From NCBI GenBank assembly GCA_965261395.1, contig OZ253462.1:1024001-1088000 (forward strand): DNA of 64,000 bases, given 5' to 3'. Below the pieces are notes generated by a model, which was given only the letters and a program-made list of their open reading frames with translations, searched no databases and was not told the origin of the DNA. The first letter of the stretch is position 1; each line of letters starts with the position of its first letter. This document shows, in pieces, positions 18,721 through 29,463 of this stretch. The position numbers and the translations under genes were made by a program. This stretch comes from Candidatus Latescibacterota bacterium (GTDB lineage Bacteria; Latescibacterota; UBA2968; UBA8231).

Positions 18721-19635
18721 TCAAGCGCGGCCGCCGACGCCGGCCCCGGTGCGGACATGTACCTCTAGACCGGCTGCGGAGTCGGTGACTAGATCGCTGT
18801 CAAAGGCAATCGCCCCCGGCTCGAAAAGCAGCACGACGGTCGAGCCGCCGAACTGGAAAAAGCCCTTTTCTTGGCCGCGTTCACAAGGCCCTGGCGAGTA
18901 CGTCTGGACGATGCTGGCGACGTTGATGGCACCAACCTCGATGTAGGCAATCCTGCCGAAGGCGGGCGTCGCTAGCTCGCAGACGGAGCGCCGGTTGCGG
19001 TGGAATACGTCGGGCACGCGGGCGAGGGCGATGGGGTTGACCGAGTGATAGGTGCCGTTGATCCACTGCGTCTGACCGGCTTGGCTGTCGGCTGGGAAGT
19101 GGAAGCGGTGATAGTCGTAGGGGGCGAGGCGCACGACGAGAGCGGCACCGCCGTGGTACGGGGTGGGGTCGATTGTCTCGGCTAGGAGCTCGTGGGCCGC
19201 GAGTTGGCCGCTTTTGACCGGCAGCACGTCCTCGGCTGTGAGCTGCGGATAGACGAGGACTTTGCCATCGGCTGGGCAACAGAGGCGCTCGGGGCCGGGG
19301 TCGCAGGGTCTAGCTCCGGGTTTGAGGCGGCGAATAAAAAAGTCGTTGAAGCTGGAATAGTGGCTGAGGGAAAATTCGACTTCGTCGAGGTCAATGCGGT
19401 AGCGCTCGACAAAAGGCCGGATCTGACGCCGAGTCCAAGGACGTTGCTTCCACCAGCCGTAGAGATGGGAGCCAAGGGGTCGGTTGAGGACCGCGCGAAA
19501 GACGAGATGCCCTGCGTTTGTGCCGTAGAACCAGCGGAGGAGGGACTGCCCCGGGACGTGTTCGACGACGACAGTTCCGGTTTGGCGGTCGCGGTAGCGG
19601 GTTGGTGTGGGGGTGGTGGTTCGAAGAGAAAGCAT
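18721..19635 (-). CDS. psd: Phosphatidylserine decarboxylase proenzyme (PSD2-like type)
   Basis: SFNDFFIRRLK, PADG, RLAPYDYHRFHFP, FQFGGST cleavage motif. Confidence 0.88.
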   Translation of the reverse strand: MLSLRTTTPTPTRYRDRQTGTVVVEHVPGQSLLRWFYGTNAGHLVFRAVLNRPLGSHLYGWWKQRPWTRRQIRPFVERYRIDLDEVEFSLSHYSSFNDFFIRRLKPGARPCDPGPERLCCPADGKVLVYPQLTAEDVLPVKSGQLAAHELLAETIDPTPYHGGAALVVRLAPYDYHRFHFPADSQAGQTQWINGTYHSVNPIALARVPDVFHRNRRSVCELATPAFGRIAYIEVGAINVASIVQTYSPGPCERGQEKGFFQFGGSTVVLLFEPGAIAFDSDLVTDSAAGLEVHVRTGAGVGGRA

Positions 19636-19649
19636 GTGAAAAGAAATAA

Positions 19650-21984
<2,335 letters not shown>

Positions 21985-21988
<4 letters not shown>

Positions 21989-22467
21989 GCGAGGGCCTCT
22001 TCGATGGCGGCGACTACTGTCGGATCGTTAGGGGTGGTCCGGGGCGCAAAACGGGCCAGCGGTTGGCCGTCCTTGTCGATGAGGAATTTCTCGAAGTTCC
22101 AGGAGATGTCGCCGGGAAAGGCCGCACCTTCGCCAGCGAGATAGGTATAGAGCAGATGACGGTTGGGGCCGTTGACCTCTATCTTGCCAAAGAGCGGGAA
22201 ACTCACGTCGTAGCGGGTCTGACAGAAGTCGAGGATCTGCTCCTCGCTGTTAGGCTCTTGCCCTCCGAATTGGTTACAGGGGAAGCCGAGGACCGCTAGG
22301 CCCTTGGCGGCGTATTGGCGATGCAGTGCCTCTAGGTCGGAGTATTGCGGGGTCAGGCCACACTCGCTGGCCACATTGACGACGAGGAGCGCCTTTCCGG
22401 CGTAGTCGGCTAGGTCGGCGTCTTGGCCGCGAATGGTTTGGGCTGTGAAGTCGTGGACGCTGCTCAT
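21985..22467 (-). CDS. Glutathione peroxidase family protein (Cys type)
   Basis: NVASECGLT, GFPCNQFG, WNFEKFL; start ATG 22467 after GGAG. Confidence 0.92.
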
Positions 22468-22615
22468 GTTTTTCTCCTTGTAATTCGACGGTTCGGTTGA
22501 AGTTGGGTTAGACTCTAATATTGCCACTCGCCTAGCTGCGTTCAATGCCCGATGCATATCCGGCCCACCTTGCCTATCTTTTTATGCCCCTCTAACACAA
22601 GCAGAGAAAGAGACC

Positions 22616-23428
22616 ATGAGCGACCGACCGGCTATCGAAATTTACTCAATCGGCACCGAGCTTCTAAACGGACAGATCCAGGACACCAATTCTTTCTGGA
22701 TGGCGCAGCAGATCGCGGCGCTCGGCGGCTATGTGCGTCGGATCGCGATCTTGGACGACGATATGGACGAGTTGACTGGTGTGCTTAAAGACGCCTGCCG
22801 GCGCGGAACCCAAGTGGTGATTACCACCGGAGGACTTGGGCCGACGCCCGACGACATGACAGTCGAGGCCATCGCCAAGATCATGGGAGTGGGCACGGAA
22901 GTCGATGAAACCTTGGTCAAGCGCTATATGGAGAGCCGTGGTATTGAAAAGCGCGCCGACGTCAGCGAAGGGCTGATCAAGATGGCGACCAAACCGGAAA
23001 GCTCCACGGCCCACCCCAACCCGGCGGGCGTGGCTCCTTGCGTGGAGTCGCAGGTCGGCGAGACCTCGATTTACAGCCTACCCGGTCCGCCGCGCGAGGT
23101 CGAGGCACTGTTTCGCCAGTCGGTAGAGGATGCCCTGGCCGGGATATACGACGATGTGCGGCTTGCGTTGCGGGTCGTCGTCAACCTACCCGAATCGCAG
23201 TGCGGCCCGATCCTGCACAGCGTAATGAGCCAATGTCCCAATACCTATCTCAAGGCCTTCGTCGCGTTGAGCGAGCGCACGGCCGACGGTCAGCGGCTGC
23301 CGGTGGATATCGTCGTTTGGGGCAAGAAAGTCGAGGAGGCGCAGGCCCTGCTCGATAAGGCGTTGGCGGAGTTTAAGGCTCAGGCGTACGAGAAGGGCAG
23401 CGAGGTCGAAATCCGCGACGAGCAATAA
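22616..23428 (+). CDS. Molybdopterin-binding/CinA N-terminal domain protein
   Basis: IGTELLNGQIQDTN, TTGGLGPTPDDMT, LPGPPRE; no NMN-deamidase C-domain. Confidence 0.85.
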   Translation: MSDRPAIEIYSIGTELLNGQIQDTNSFWMAQQIAALGGYVRRIAILDDDMDELTGVLKDACRRGTQVVITTGGLGPTPDDMTVEAIAKIMGVGTEVDETLVKRYMESRGIEKRADVSEGLIKMATKPESSTAHPNPAGVAPCVESQVGETSIYSLPGPPREVEALFRQSVEDALAGIYDDVRLALRVVVNLPESQCGPILHSVMSQCPNTYLKAFVALSERTADGQRLPVDIVVWGKKVEEAQALLDKALAEFKAQAYEKGSEVEIRDEQ

Positions 23429-24208
23429 GTACGCGAAGTACCAACGGTAATGACTCCCTATTCCAGATTTTTCGCAGTGCAGGCTTGGACGGTTTTATGT
23501 TCGGTCGGTTTCACTTCTTGTCTTCATTTTGGCCTTTTGAGAGAATCTCAACGCTCTCCGCCAGACGTTCTGCGTATGCAACTGCTGGAATTCGGACCCA
23601 ATTGGCAGTAAACTGGAATATCCATAATAAAGAAAGGACGAGACTAAACGCTCCCGCCAAAATCAGAGCTTCGTCATATTGAGAAGTAGAGCGGTAAACA
23701 AAATAAAGCCCAATAGCACACGTCCCTAAACTTAGAAAGGAGCCGAGAATCCCCCTTGGACGCATACCGTAAACATTACGTCGATATCCATAGTTTATGA
23801 GTTCCTGACGCACGAGAGGGAACTTTTCTCCTCTCGTATTTGTCCGGAGGTAATTAGACCATGCTGTGTAAATTTCGTCTGCAGATGCGGGGTCAGCTTC
23901 TTCTTGTTCGATCGTTGGAGCTGTGGACCCTTCGACCAAATGTGTAAGCTGTTTGTGATACTTGGCTTTAGTAATTTTATCCAAGCGATTATCGGTGTGC
24001 CGGAAAATTGCCATGGACGGCATTCCTCCCCACTTCTTGAATAGTCCAGGCTGCTTTTCGTAACCCTTGTCTCGGCCTGACTGAGCCAAGTAGCACGCTC
24101 CACCACAAGATACGAGTATCGTCGCACCAATAGCCTGGACAGTAGATATCTGGATTGACAGCAAAGCGAGAAACGCTCCTACAATCGGAGCTATCAACAG
24201 AATTGCTG

Positions 24209-25393
24209 GGCTTTGTTGCATGAAAACCGGTCGGGGCCGTGTTGGCTTCTTTCGCGTGTGATTTACGCTTTTTTGGTTAGCGGATAGGACTCAGGTTTCG
24301 CCAACGCCCGCATCCGGTTGAGCAAGGCACAGCCCAACCGCGCTTCGGTCTGTTGGTTGGTTAGGGTTCGGGTGCGCAAGGTGTCACCAAGTATCTGTTT
24401 GTAGCGGCCTATCTGCGTTTCGGCTACCGAGCGTCGATGATAGCCGCTCTCGTGTTTCCAACCTCGACGGCCCCGTTTGCGGATGGCTCGAATCGTCTCA
24501 TCGCGGGGCAACGGCTCGGCGTTGGTGTTGCCATGTTGCTCGATTTTGGCGTCCTTGCGCGGCGGAATGATCGGATGAATAGGTGCCCCCTGCTCGGGCG
24601 CGGCCAACGCCTTGAACACCTTGCGTTTGTCATAGGCCCCATCGCCGCCCAACGCCTCCACGGGGGCCTCGATCTGTGCCAGCAACGGCTCCACCTGCCC
24701 CGCATCATCGTGGCTATTCGTCGTCAAGGTCTGCGCGACGATCTCGCCGGTGGCTTCATTAACCCCGAGGTGCAATTTGCGCCACGTGCGCCGCTTGCTC
24801 CAGCCGTGCTGACGCACCTTCCATTCGCCTTCGCCATACACTTTCAGCCCGGTCGAATCCACCACCAAGTGCATCGGTTGGTCTCCCCGCTGGGGCGGCC
24901 ACGCCACGGCTAAACCCGCCTGACGGCGCGACAGGGTCGTGTGATCGGGCACCCGCAGATCCAAGCCCATCAGGGCCAACACCGAAGCGACAAACCCCTC
25001 GGTTTGGCGTAGGGGCAAGTGATACAAAAGACGCAGCGTCAACGCCGTTTGGATGGCGACCTCCGAAAAGGTATATTGCGCCCCCCGCTGAGGCGGCCCT
25101 TGATAATACCAAGCTTCGACGGCCTGGGGCGTGAACCACACCGTCAGACTACCGCGCTGTTGCAGCCCGGCCTCATAGTCGGCCCAATTACGTACCCGGT
25201 ACACGACGTTGGAGCGACGGCGAGGCGAGCGACCAGGCTTGACGGAAGAGGGGCAAGACGATAGGTTGGCCATGACAGGTTCCTTGGACGAGAAAGCATG
25301 GGTTTTTTGGCGAAAGTCGTGCTCAATCTACTGAGGAGCCTGTTTTTATTCAACCGATCAACCGAAAAAAACACCAATTCATGCACCAAAGCC
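24209..25393 (-). mobile_element. IS5-family (IS903 group) insertion sequence, 1185 bp
   Basis: Terminal IRs GGCTTTGTTGCATGAA / TTCATGCACCAAAGCC; 9-bp TSD GAATTGCTG at 24200-24208 and 25394-25402. Confidence 0.93.
24263..25273 (-). CDS. IS5/IS903-group DDE transposase
   Basis: NWADYEAGLQQRGSL, VDSTGLKVYGEGEW, WRKLH, GDGAYD, GYHRRSVAET. Confidence 0.95.
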   Translation of the reverse strand: MANLSSCPSSVKPGRSPRRRSNVVYRVRNWADYEAGLQQRGSLTVWFTPQAVEAWYYQGPPQRGAQYTFSEVAIQTALTLRLLYHLPLRQTEGFVASVLALMGLDLRVPDHTTLSRRQAGLAVAWPPQRGDQPMHLVVDSTGLKVYGEGEWKVRQHGWSKRRTWRKLHLGVNEATGEIVAQTLTTNSHDDAGQVEPLLAQIEAPVEALGGDGAYDKRKVFKALAAPEQGAPIHPIIPPRKDAKIEQHGNTNAEPLPRDETIRAIRKRGRRGWKHESGYHRRSVAETQIGRYKQILGDTLRTRTLTNQQTEARLGCALLNRMRALAKPESYPLTKKA

Positions 25394-25459
25394 GAATTGC
25401 TGGGTAAAGACGAGCCTTTCGCTCGTATTCGTCCATCAACAAGGTTTCTAAAAAATTTA

Positions 25460-26341
25460 TCATAGGTTCAACGTTCCAAGATAATAGAAGTCATCTAAGT
25501 AGCAATCATTCTCATGATCGAGAAAATCGACTTCGTAATACTCAGAGGTGAAAATACGAATTTTTCTCTCTAGACACTCAAAAACGATATCGCCCGCCGA
25601 ATTTTGTGTAATAGTGTTGTAGCCCTGATAATAATTCAGATGTGCACTTGGTGCCTCACCGATCACGATGACTTTCGGATCTAGAGCATCGAGCGTTGTT
25701 TTAGGGACTTTTCCGCTATCGCGCCCGTGGTGCGGCGCAAATAGAATATCAACTGCGGGAAGCTGAACATCGTTTTCTATTGCTTCCATAAAGTCTGTCT
25801 CCAAATCTCCCATCCAAAGCGCAGTGACTCCGTCTTGAAGGGAATACTTGATGATCGGCGAAATATTGTTCGGGCTTTTTCCTTCGGCCGCATCTTGAAG
25901 AGCGTTCTTAAAATGCTCGTTGTTTCGATCAGGCCAAAGAATATTAATACCTGAGCTACCCCTCTCTTCACTTTTCCGGTTCATCCAACGCCGTGAACAT
26001 CCCTCGTAGATATAGAAAGCTTTATCTGAGCAATGCAGTTCTCTATATCTCTTAAAGCTATCGCTTTCGTCTTCCTTTGTTGCGCTGTTCTCGACACAAT
26101 AGAAATTTAGGATCCTGATTTTGTCATCAAGATCTACCAAGCCTTGAATATGATCCTCGTCAGGATGTGTGGAGATGAACCGTGTAATGCCCTTATTGGC
26201 ACTCAAAGAATACACCTCGTCCAAGGTTGAACATTTGGTGTCGTCGTCTAAACAGCAATCAATAATCGTAAAGTTGTCACTATTGTGGTCGATATAGAAC
26301 ATATCGCCATCGCCTACAGAGTATGATTTTATTCTACTCAC
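25460..26341 (-). CDS. ComEC/Rec2-like metallo-beta-lactamase-fold hydrolase
   Basis: VGDGD, IIDC, STHPDEDH, WMGD, APHHG; GTG start after AGGAG; low GC. Confidence 0.82.
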   Translation of the reverse strand: MSRIKSYSVGDGDMFYIDHNSDNFTIIDCCLDDDTKCSTLDEVYSLSANKGITRFISTHPDEDHIQGLVDLDDKIRILNFYCVENSATKEDESDSFKRYRELHCSDKAFYIYEGCSRRWMNRKSEERGSSGINILWPDRNNEHFKNALQDAAEGKSPNNISPIIKYSLQDGVTALWMGDLETDFMEAIENDVQLPAVDILFAPHHGRDSGKVPKTTLDALDPKVIVIGEAPSAHLNYYQGYNTITQNSAGDIVFECLERKIRIFTSEYYEVDFLDHENDCYLDDFYYLGTLNL

Positions 26342-26357
26342 AAGTTTTCTCCTTTTC

Positions 26358-26593
26358 TTAAGGTTCAGCATAATGGACGCGAATCTTCGCCGTCATCAGT
26401 TTGTGAAGAAGTGTAAAGATCGGTCTGCGGTATAGTTGACGAGATCGAGGATGGACTCGACAACCTCGCGCTTTGTAAAGATTGCGCCGCGTTCCTCGAT
26501 TCCAGCTTGCGCCAGCTTGGTCAGTGCATCCTCCACTGGGCACATGCCGGGGAAGGAAGCTTGCGTTACTTGTTGTAGTGCGCTCTGTGCCAT
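26358..26593 (-). pseudogene. Deletion-fused R-M remnants: 5' stub of a PaeR7I/Eco57I-like adenine methylase plus 3' stub resembling a type I HsdS C-terminus
   Basis: From ATG 26593 (GGAGG RBS): CPVEDAL...RGAIFTKREVVESILDLVNYT, stopping before motif I; overlapping frame ends FTLLHKLMTAKIRVH. Confidence 0.62.
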
Positions 26594-26855
26594 GACCTGC
26601 TCGTCCTCCCTGTTCGCGTGTTTGACTATCTGTTTATGATGTTCGATAGACTCGCGCAAGTAGCGTGGAATAAGATAGGAGGCCGTCACATTGCTGTGCT
26701 GGGCCATAAGGTCAAAACGATTATTGGGTACTAAAAATATTATCGTTGGTGAGTCAACCGGTTTTAGAAGCCTTTTTAAATTCCGCTGCTCTACCTCAAG
26801 TAGCTTAGAGCATCGTAGAATCGTGCTAGCCCTTTGACACCTCAAAGAGAAAACC

Positions 26856-26892
26856 AGAAGCGCCCGATGGCTCGTCGGCATCGGGCGCTTCT
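26856..26892. terminator. Intrinsic terminator hairpin
   Basis: 14-bp stem AGAAGCGCCCGATG/CATCGGGCGCTTCT downstream of the minus-strand gene ending at 26927. Confidence 0.7.
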
Positions 26893-26926
26893 TTGTGCGC
26901 ATCGCAGAGGTTCTTAGGATCGGTCC

Positions 26927-27754
26927 TTAGCTCGATGCCCGCCGCGCCGCCTCCAGTGCATCGTAGCAAAACTGCGCCGTGCTCCAGGCGTCGTACCCAT
27001 TTGCGTTCCATATCTGGCCGGTGACCTCCGGGCAGAGGTATTGATCCCAGCCGGCGTCTTGGATGGCCTTGTAGTAGGCCTTCATGTCTAGCTTGCCGCT
27101 GCCGGGCAGGAGATAGCGGACCCGTCCTTCCTCGTCGAGATAGCCATCCTTGATGTGATTGTGGACTGAGTACTGGAGATTCAGGTCAATCGAGTGCTGC
27201 AAGTCGATGCCCTCAACCCAGAAGTGGCTGTAGTCAAAGTTGAGGCCGAGGTTTGGGTGGTTGGTTTGCTGCATGAGCCAAGCGGCCTTTTCCGGCGTCT
27301 CGAAGTCGTCGCCAGCATGTGGCTCAATGGCGACGATGACGTCGTATTCGGCGGCCATGTCGCCCACTTCGAGTACCAGCTCGACGATGCGCCCTTTGCC
27401 AGTCTCCCAGGCGGGTTTGCGGCCGAGGGTGGTGCTAACGACCATTGGGCGGTCGTCGAGCCGGAGTGCGCGGCTCAGTTCAAAGGTCGCCCTGAACTGC
27501 GCCAACGCGGCTGCGCGTCCCTCGCCCTCGACGCAGGGCGAGAGCAGGGCCATTAGCGCCGGGGTAGGGAAGCCGAGCTGGCGGAAGAGATCGGCGAGTC
27601 TTTTGCGGGCGGCCGCGTCCATGTTGGCCGGCTCGGTAGGCCAGCCGGGAGTGACGGCGATTTCCATGCCCTCGTAGCCCATGTCGGCGAGGCGCGGCAG
27701 GGCCTCGAAGACGTCGAGTTGCTTCATGCCATAGGTGCTGTAGTAGAGTTTCAC
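26927..27754 (-). CDS. Sugar phosphate isomerase/epimerase (xylose-isomerase-like TIM barrel)
   Basis: GYEGMEI, AIEPH, LNFDYSH, HIKD, EV; GTG start overlapping the upstream stop. Confidence 0.85.
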   Translation of the reverse strand: MKLYYSTYGMKQLDVFEALPRLADMGYEGMEIAVTPGWPTEPANMDAAARKRLADLFRQLGFPTPALMALLSPCVEGEGRAAALAQFRATFELSRALRLDDRPMVVSTTLGRKPAWETGKGRIVELVLEVGDMAAEYDVIVAIEPHAGDDFETPEKAAWLMQQTNHPNLGLNFDYSHFWVEGIDLQHSIDLNLQYSVHNHIKDGYLDEEGRVRYLLPGSGKLDMKAYYKAIQDAGWDQYLCPEVTGQIWNANGYDAWSTAQFCYDALEAARRASS

Positions 27755-28347
27755 GCGGTGACAACCTCCTGTTGTGCGCCCATGCGCTCGCGCTCGGCGA
27801 TGAGCAAGTTGATCCAGTGTTTCATGTAGTGCCCGTGGTCGTGCCAAGTGCGGCCGCTGATGAGATTGCCATCGACGACGCAGGGCGCGTCGATAAAGGT
27901 GCCGCCGCAGACTTCGAGGTCGAATTGGCACTTGGGCACGGTGGCCATGCGCCGTCCTTTGACGCAATCGGCGCGGGCGGGGATTTCGACGCCGTGGCAG
28001 ACGCAGCCTACGGGCTTGTCGCGGTGAAAAAAGTAGCGGGTAATGCGAATTAGGTCCGGGTCGTCGCGGATGTATTCCGGGGCGCGCCCCCCCGAGAAAA
28101 AGATTCCCACGTACTCTTCGGGCACGACGTGGCGAAAGGCGATGTCCGCTTGGATGGTATAGCCCTCAAATTCGCGGGTGATGTCCCAACCCTCGGCCGG
28201 AACTTCGTGTAAAACCATGTTGTAGCGGCGGGCTTCCGGCCCGGCCACCACGGGCGCGAATCCGTCTTCTTGGACGCGCAGGTAGGGATAGAGCGTATCG
28301 ACGGTTTCGGTGGCATCGCCGACGATGATGAGGACTTTGGCGGTCAC
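27751..28347 (-). CDS. DJ-1/PfpI family protein
   Basis: SGGRAPEYIR, VCHG nucleophile elbow, VVDGNLISGR. Confidence 0.88.
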   Translation of the reverse strand: MTAKVLIIVGDATETVDTLYPYLRVQEDGFAPVVAGPEARRYNMVLHEVPAEGWDITREFEGYTIQADIAFRHVVPEEYVGIFFSGGRAPEYIRDDPDLIRITRYFFHRDKPVGCVCHGVEIPARADCVKGRRMATVPKCQFDLEVCGGTFIDAPCVVDGNLISGRTWHDHGHYMKHWINLLIAERERMGAQQEVVTA

Positions 28348-28465
28348 TGCATTCTCCCTTGGACGATGTAGGCTGGTGGGATACCTTTTTCGCGCCGGAG
28401 AAACTAATGTGCCATATTGGGCACAGCAAGCTATAAGCGCGTCTTAACGACGCAAGGAGGTTATC

Positions 28466-29341
28466 GTGGAATACCGCCGCTTTGGACAGACAGACATGGA
28501 GCTGAGCACCATTGGCTTAGGCGGGCTGTTGGCCCGCTACGAGGGCATCAACGGCCATCCGCCGCCCGCGGAGAAGCGCCGGATTTACCTGCGGGCCGCC
28601 GAGCTGGGCGTCAATCTCTTCGACATGGGCTACGGCGACGAGGTCCACATCCCCGATGAGCTGAAAGGTCCGCGAGACGACCGCTTCTTCTCGCTCAAGG
28701 TGGGTGCGCCAGCAGCCGCTGAGGTGGAGGGGACTATCGACAAACACCTCGCCAATGTGCGCCGCGAGGCCATTGATATTTTGCGGGTACACCACTATGC
28801 CTATCTGCAAAATGAGGGCTTGGCCGAGCGCATTGCCGAGTGCAAGGCCAAAGGCAAAGTGCGCGCCTTGTGCTTGATTCGCCACATGTTGGCCGACCAA
28901 CAGGCCTACGCTGAGCGTGGCCCCGAACCCGAGGCGGACGCCGATTTGGTCATCTACAACTACGTCTGCCGCTGGCAGGCCCCGGGCATTGCGGCGTCGG
29001 CGCGGGCTGGGAAGGGCGTGCTGATTATGAAGGCTTTGGGCGGCCAGTGGATCAGCTGGGCCGACAAAGCGCAGACCGACTGGTCGGCCGTGGACGAGTC
29101 AAAGGTCGAGGAGCTATCGCCAAGAGGGGAAGGCATTCGCCGAGAACTGTCGCTGGTCTATCCGATTGTCTCAGGCCCTTGGCACGAGCTAGCCGAGCCG
29201 GGCGAGTCGGTGCCGCGCACCGAGCGAGCAATACAGTGGGTGCTGGCGACCGAGGGGGTACATTGCACTTTGGTGGCTTTTGCTAGCGTCGAGGAATTGG
29301 AGGAAGGGTTGGGGGTGATGGAGACAAGCGCCGCTATTTGA
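28466..29341 (+). CDS. Divergent aldo/keto reductase-like protein
   Basis: EYRRFGQTDMELSTIGLG, GVNLFD..YG, IMKALGG. Confidence 0.65.
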   Translation: MEYRRFGQTDMELSTIGLGGLLARYEGINGHPPPAEKRRIYLRAAELGVNLFDMGYGDEVHIPDELKGPRDDRFFSLKVGAPAAAEVEGTIDKHLANVRREAIDILRVHHYAYLQNEGLAERIAECKAKGKVRALCLIRHMLADQQAYAERGPEPEADADLVIYNYVCRWQAPGIAASARAGKGVLIMKALGGQWISWADKAQTDWSAVDESKVEELSPRGEGIRRELSLVYPIVSGPWHELAEPGESVPRTERAIQWVLATEGVHCTLVAFASVEELEEGLGVMETSAAI

Positions 29342-29358
29342 TTGGGGTATTAGATACT

Positions 29359-29412
29359 GATGTTACGTACGGGCTCCTAGGTATGAGATGCTTCGACTCC
29401 GCTCCGCATGAC
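29359..29412. repeat. Second copy of the dispersed intergenic repeat
   Basis: GATGTTACG...GGTATGAGATGCTTCGACTCCGCTCCGCATGAC resembles 5520-5574. Confidence 0.55.
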
Positions 29413-29463
29413 CAGATTTATCGCGGTGGGCGTGAGACTGGCACCGATCAGGTGTGGAGGGTT

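Larger units (their letters stand above)
23511..25463 (-). pseudogene. Multi-TM membrane protein gene interrupted by IS; reconstructs to 252 aa
   Basis: 5' part 25463-25394 (MINFLETLLMDEYERKARLYPAI) rejoins 24199 downward in frame after removing the IS and one TSD copy; its ATG overlaps the MBL stop codon (ATGA). Confidence 0.85.

Noticed and set aside
23429-23510. tRNA or att site bounding the low-GC island
   Set aside because: No cloverleaf, integrase or flanking direct repeat visible
25460-26341. Antibiotic-resistance beta-lactamase or competence ComEC
   Set aside because: HPDEDH and PHHG motifs are ComEC-type, but there is no signal peptide and no competence membrane domain
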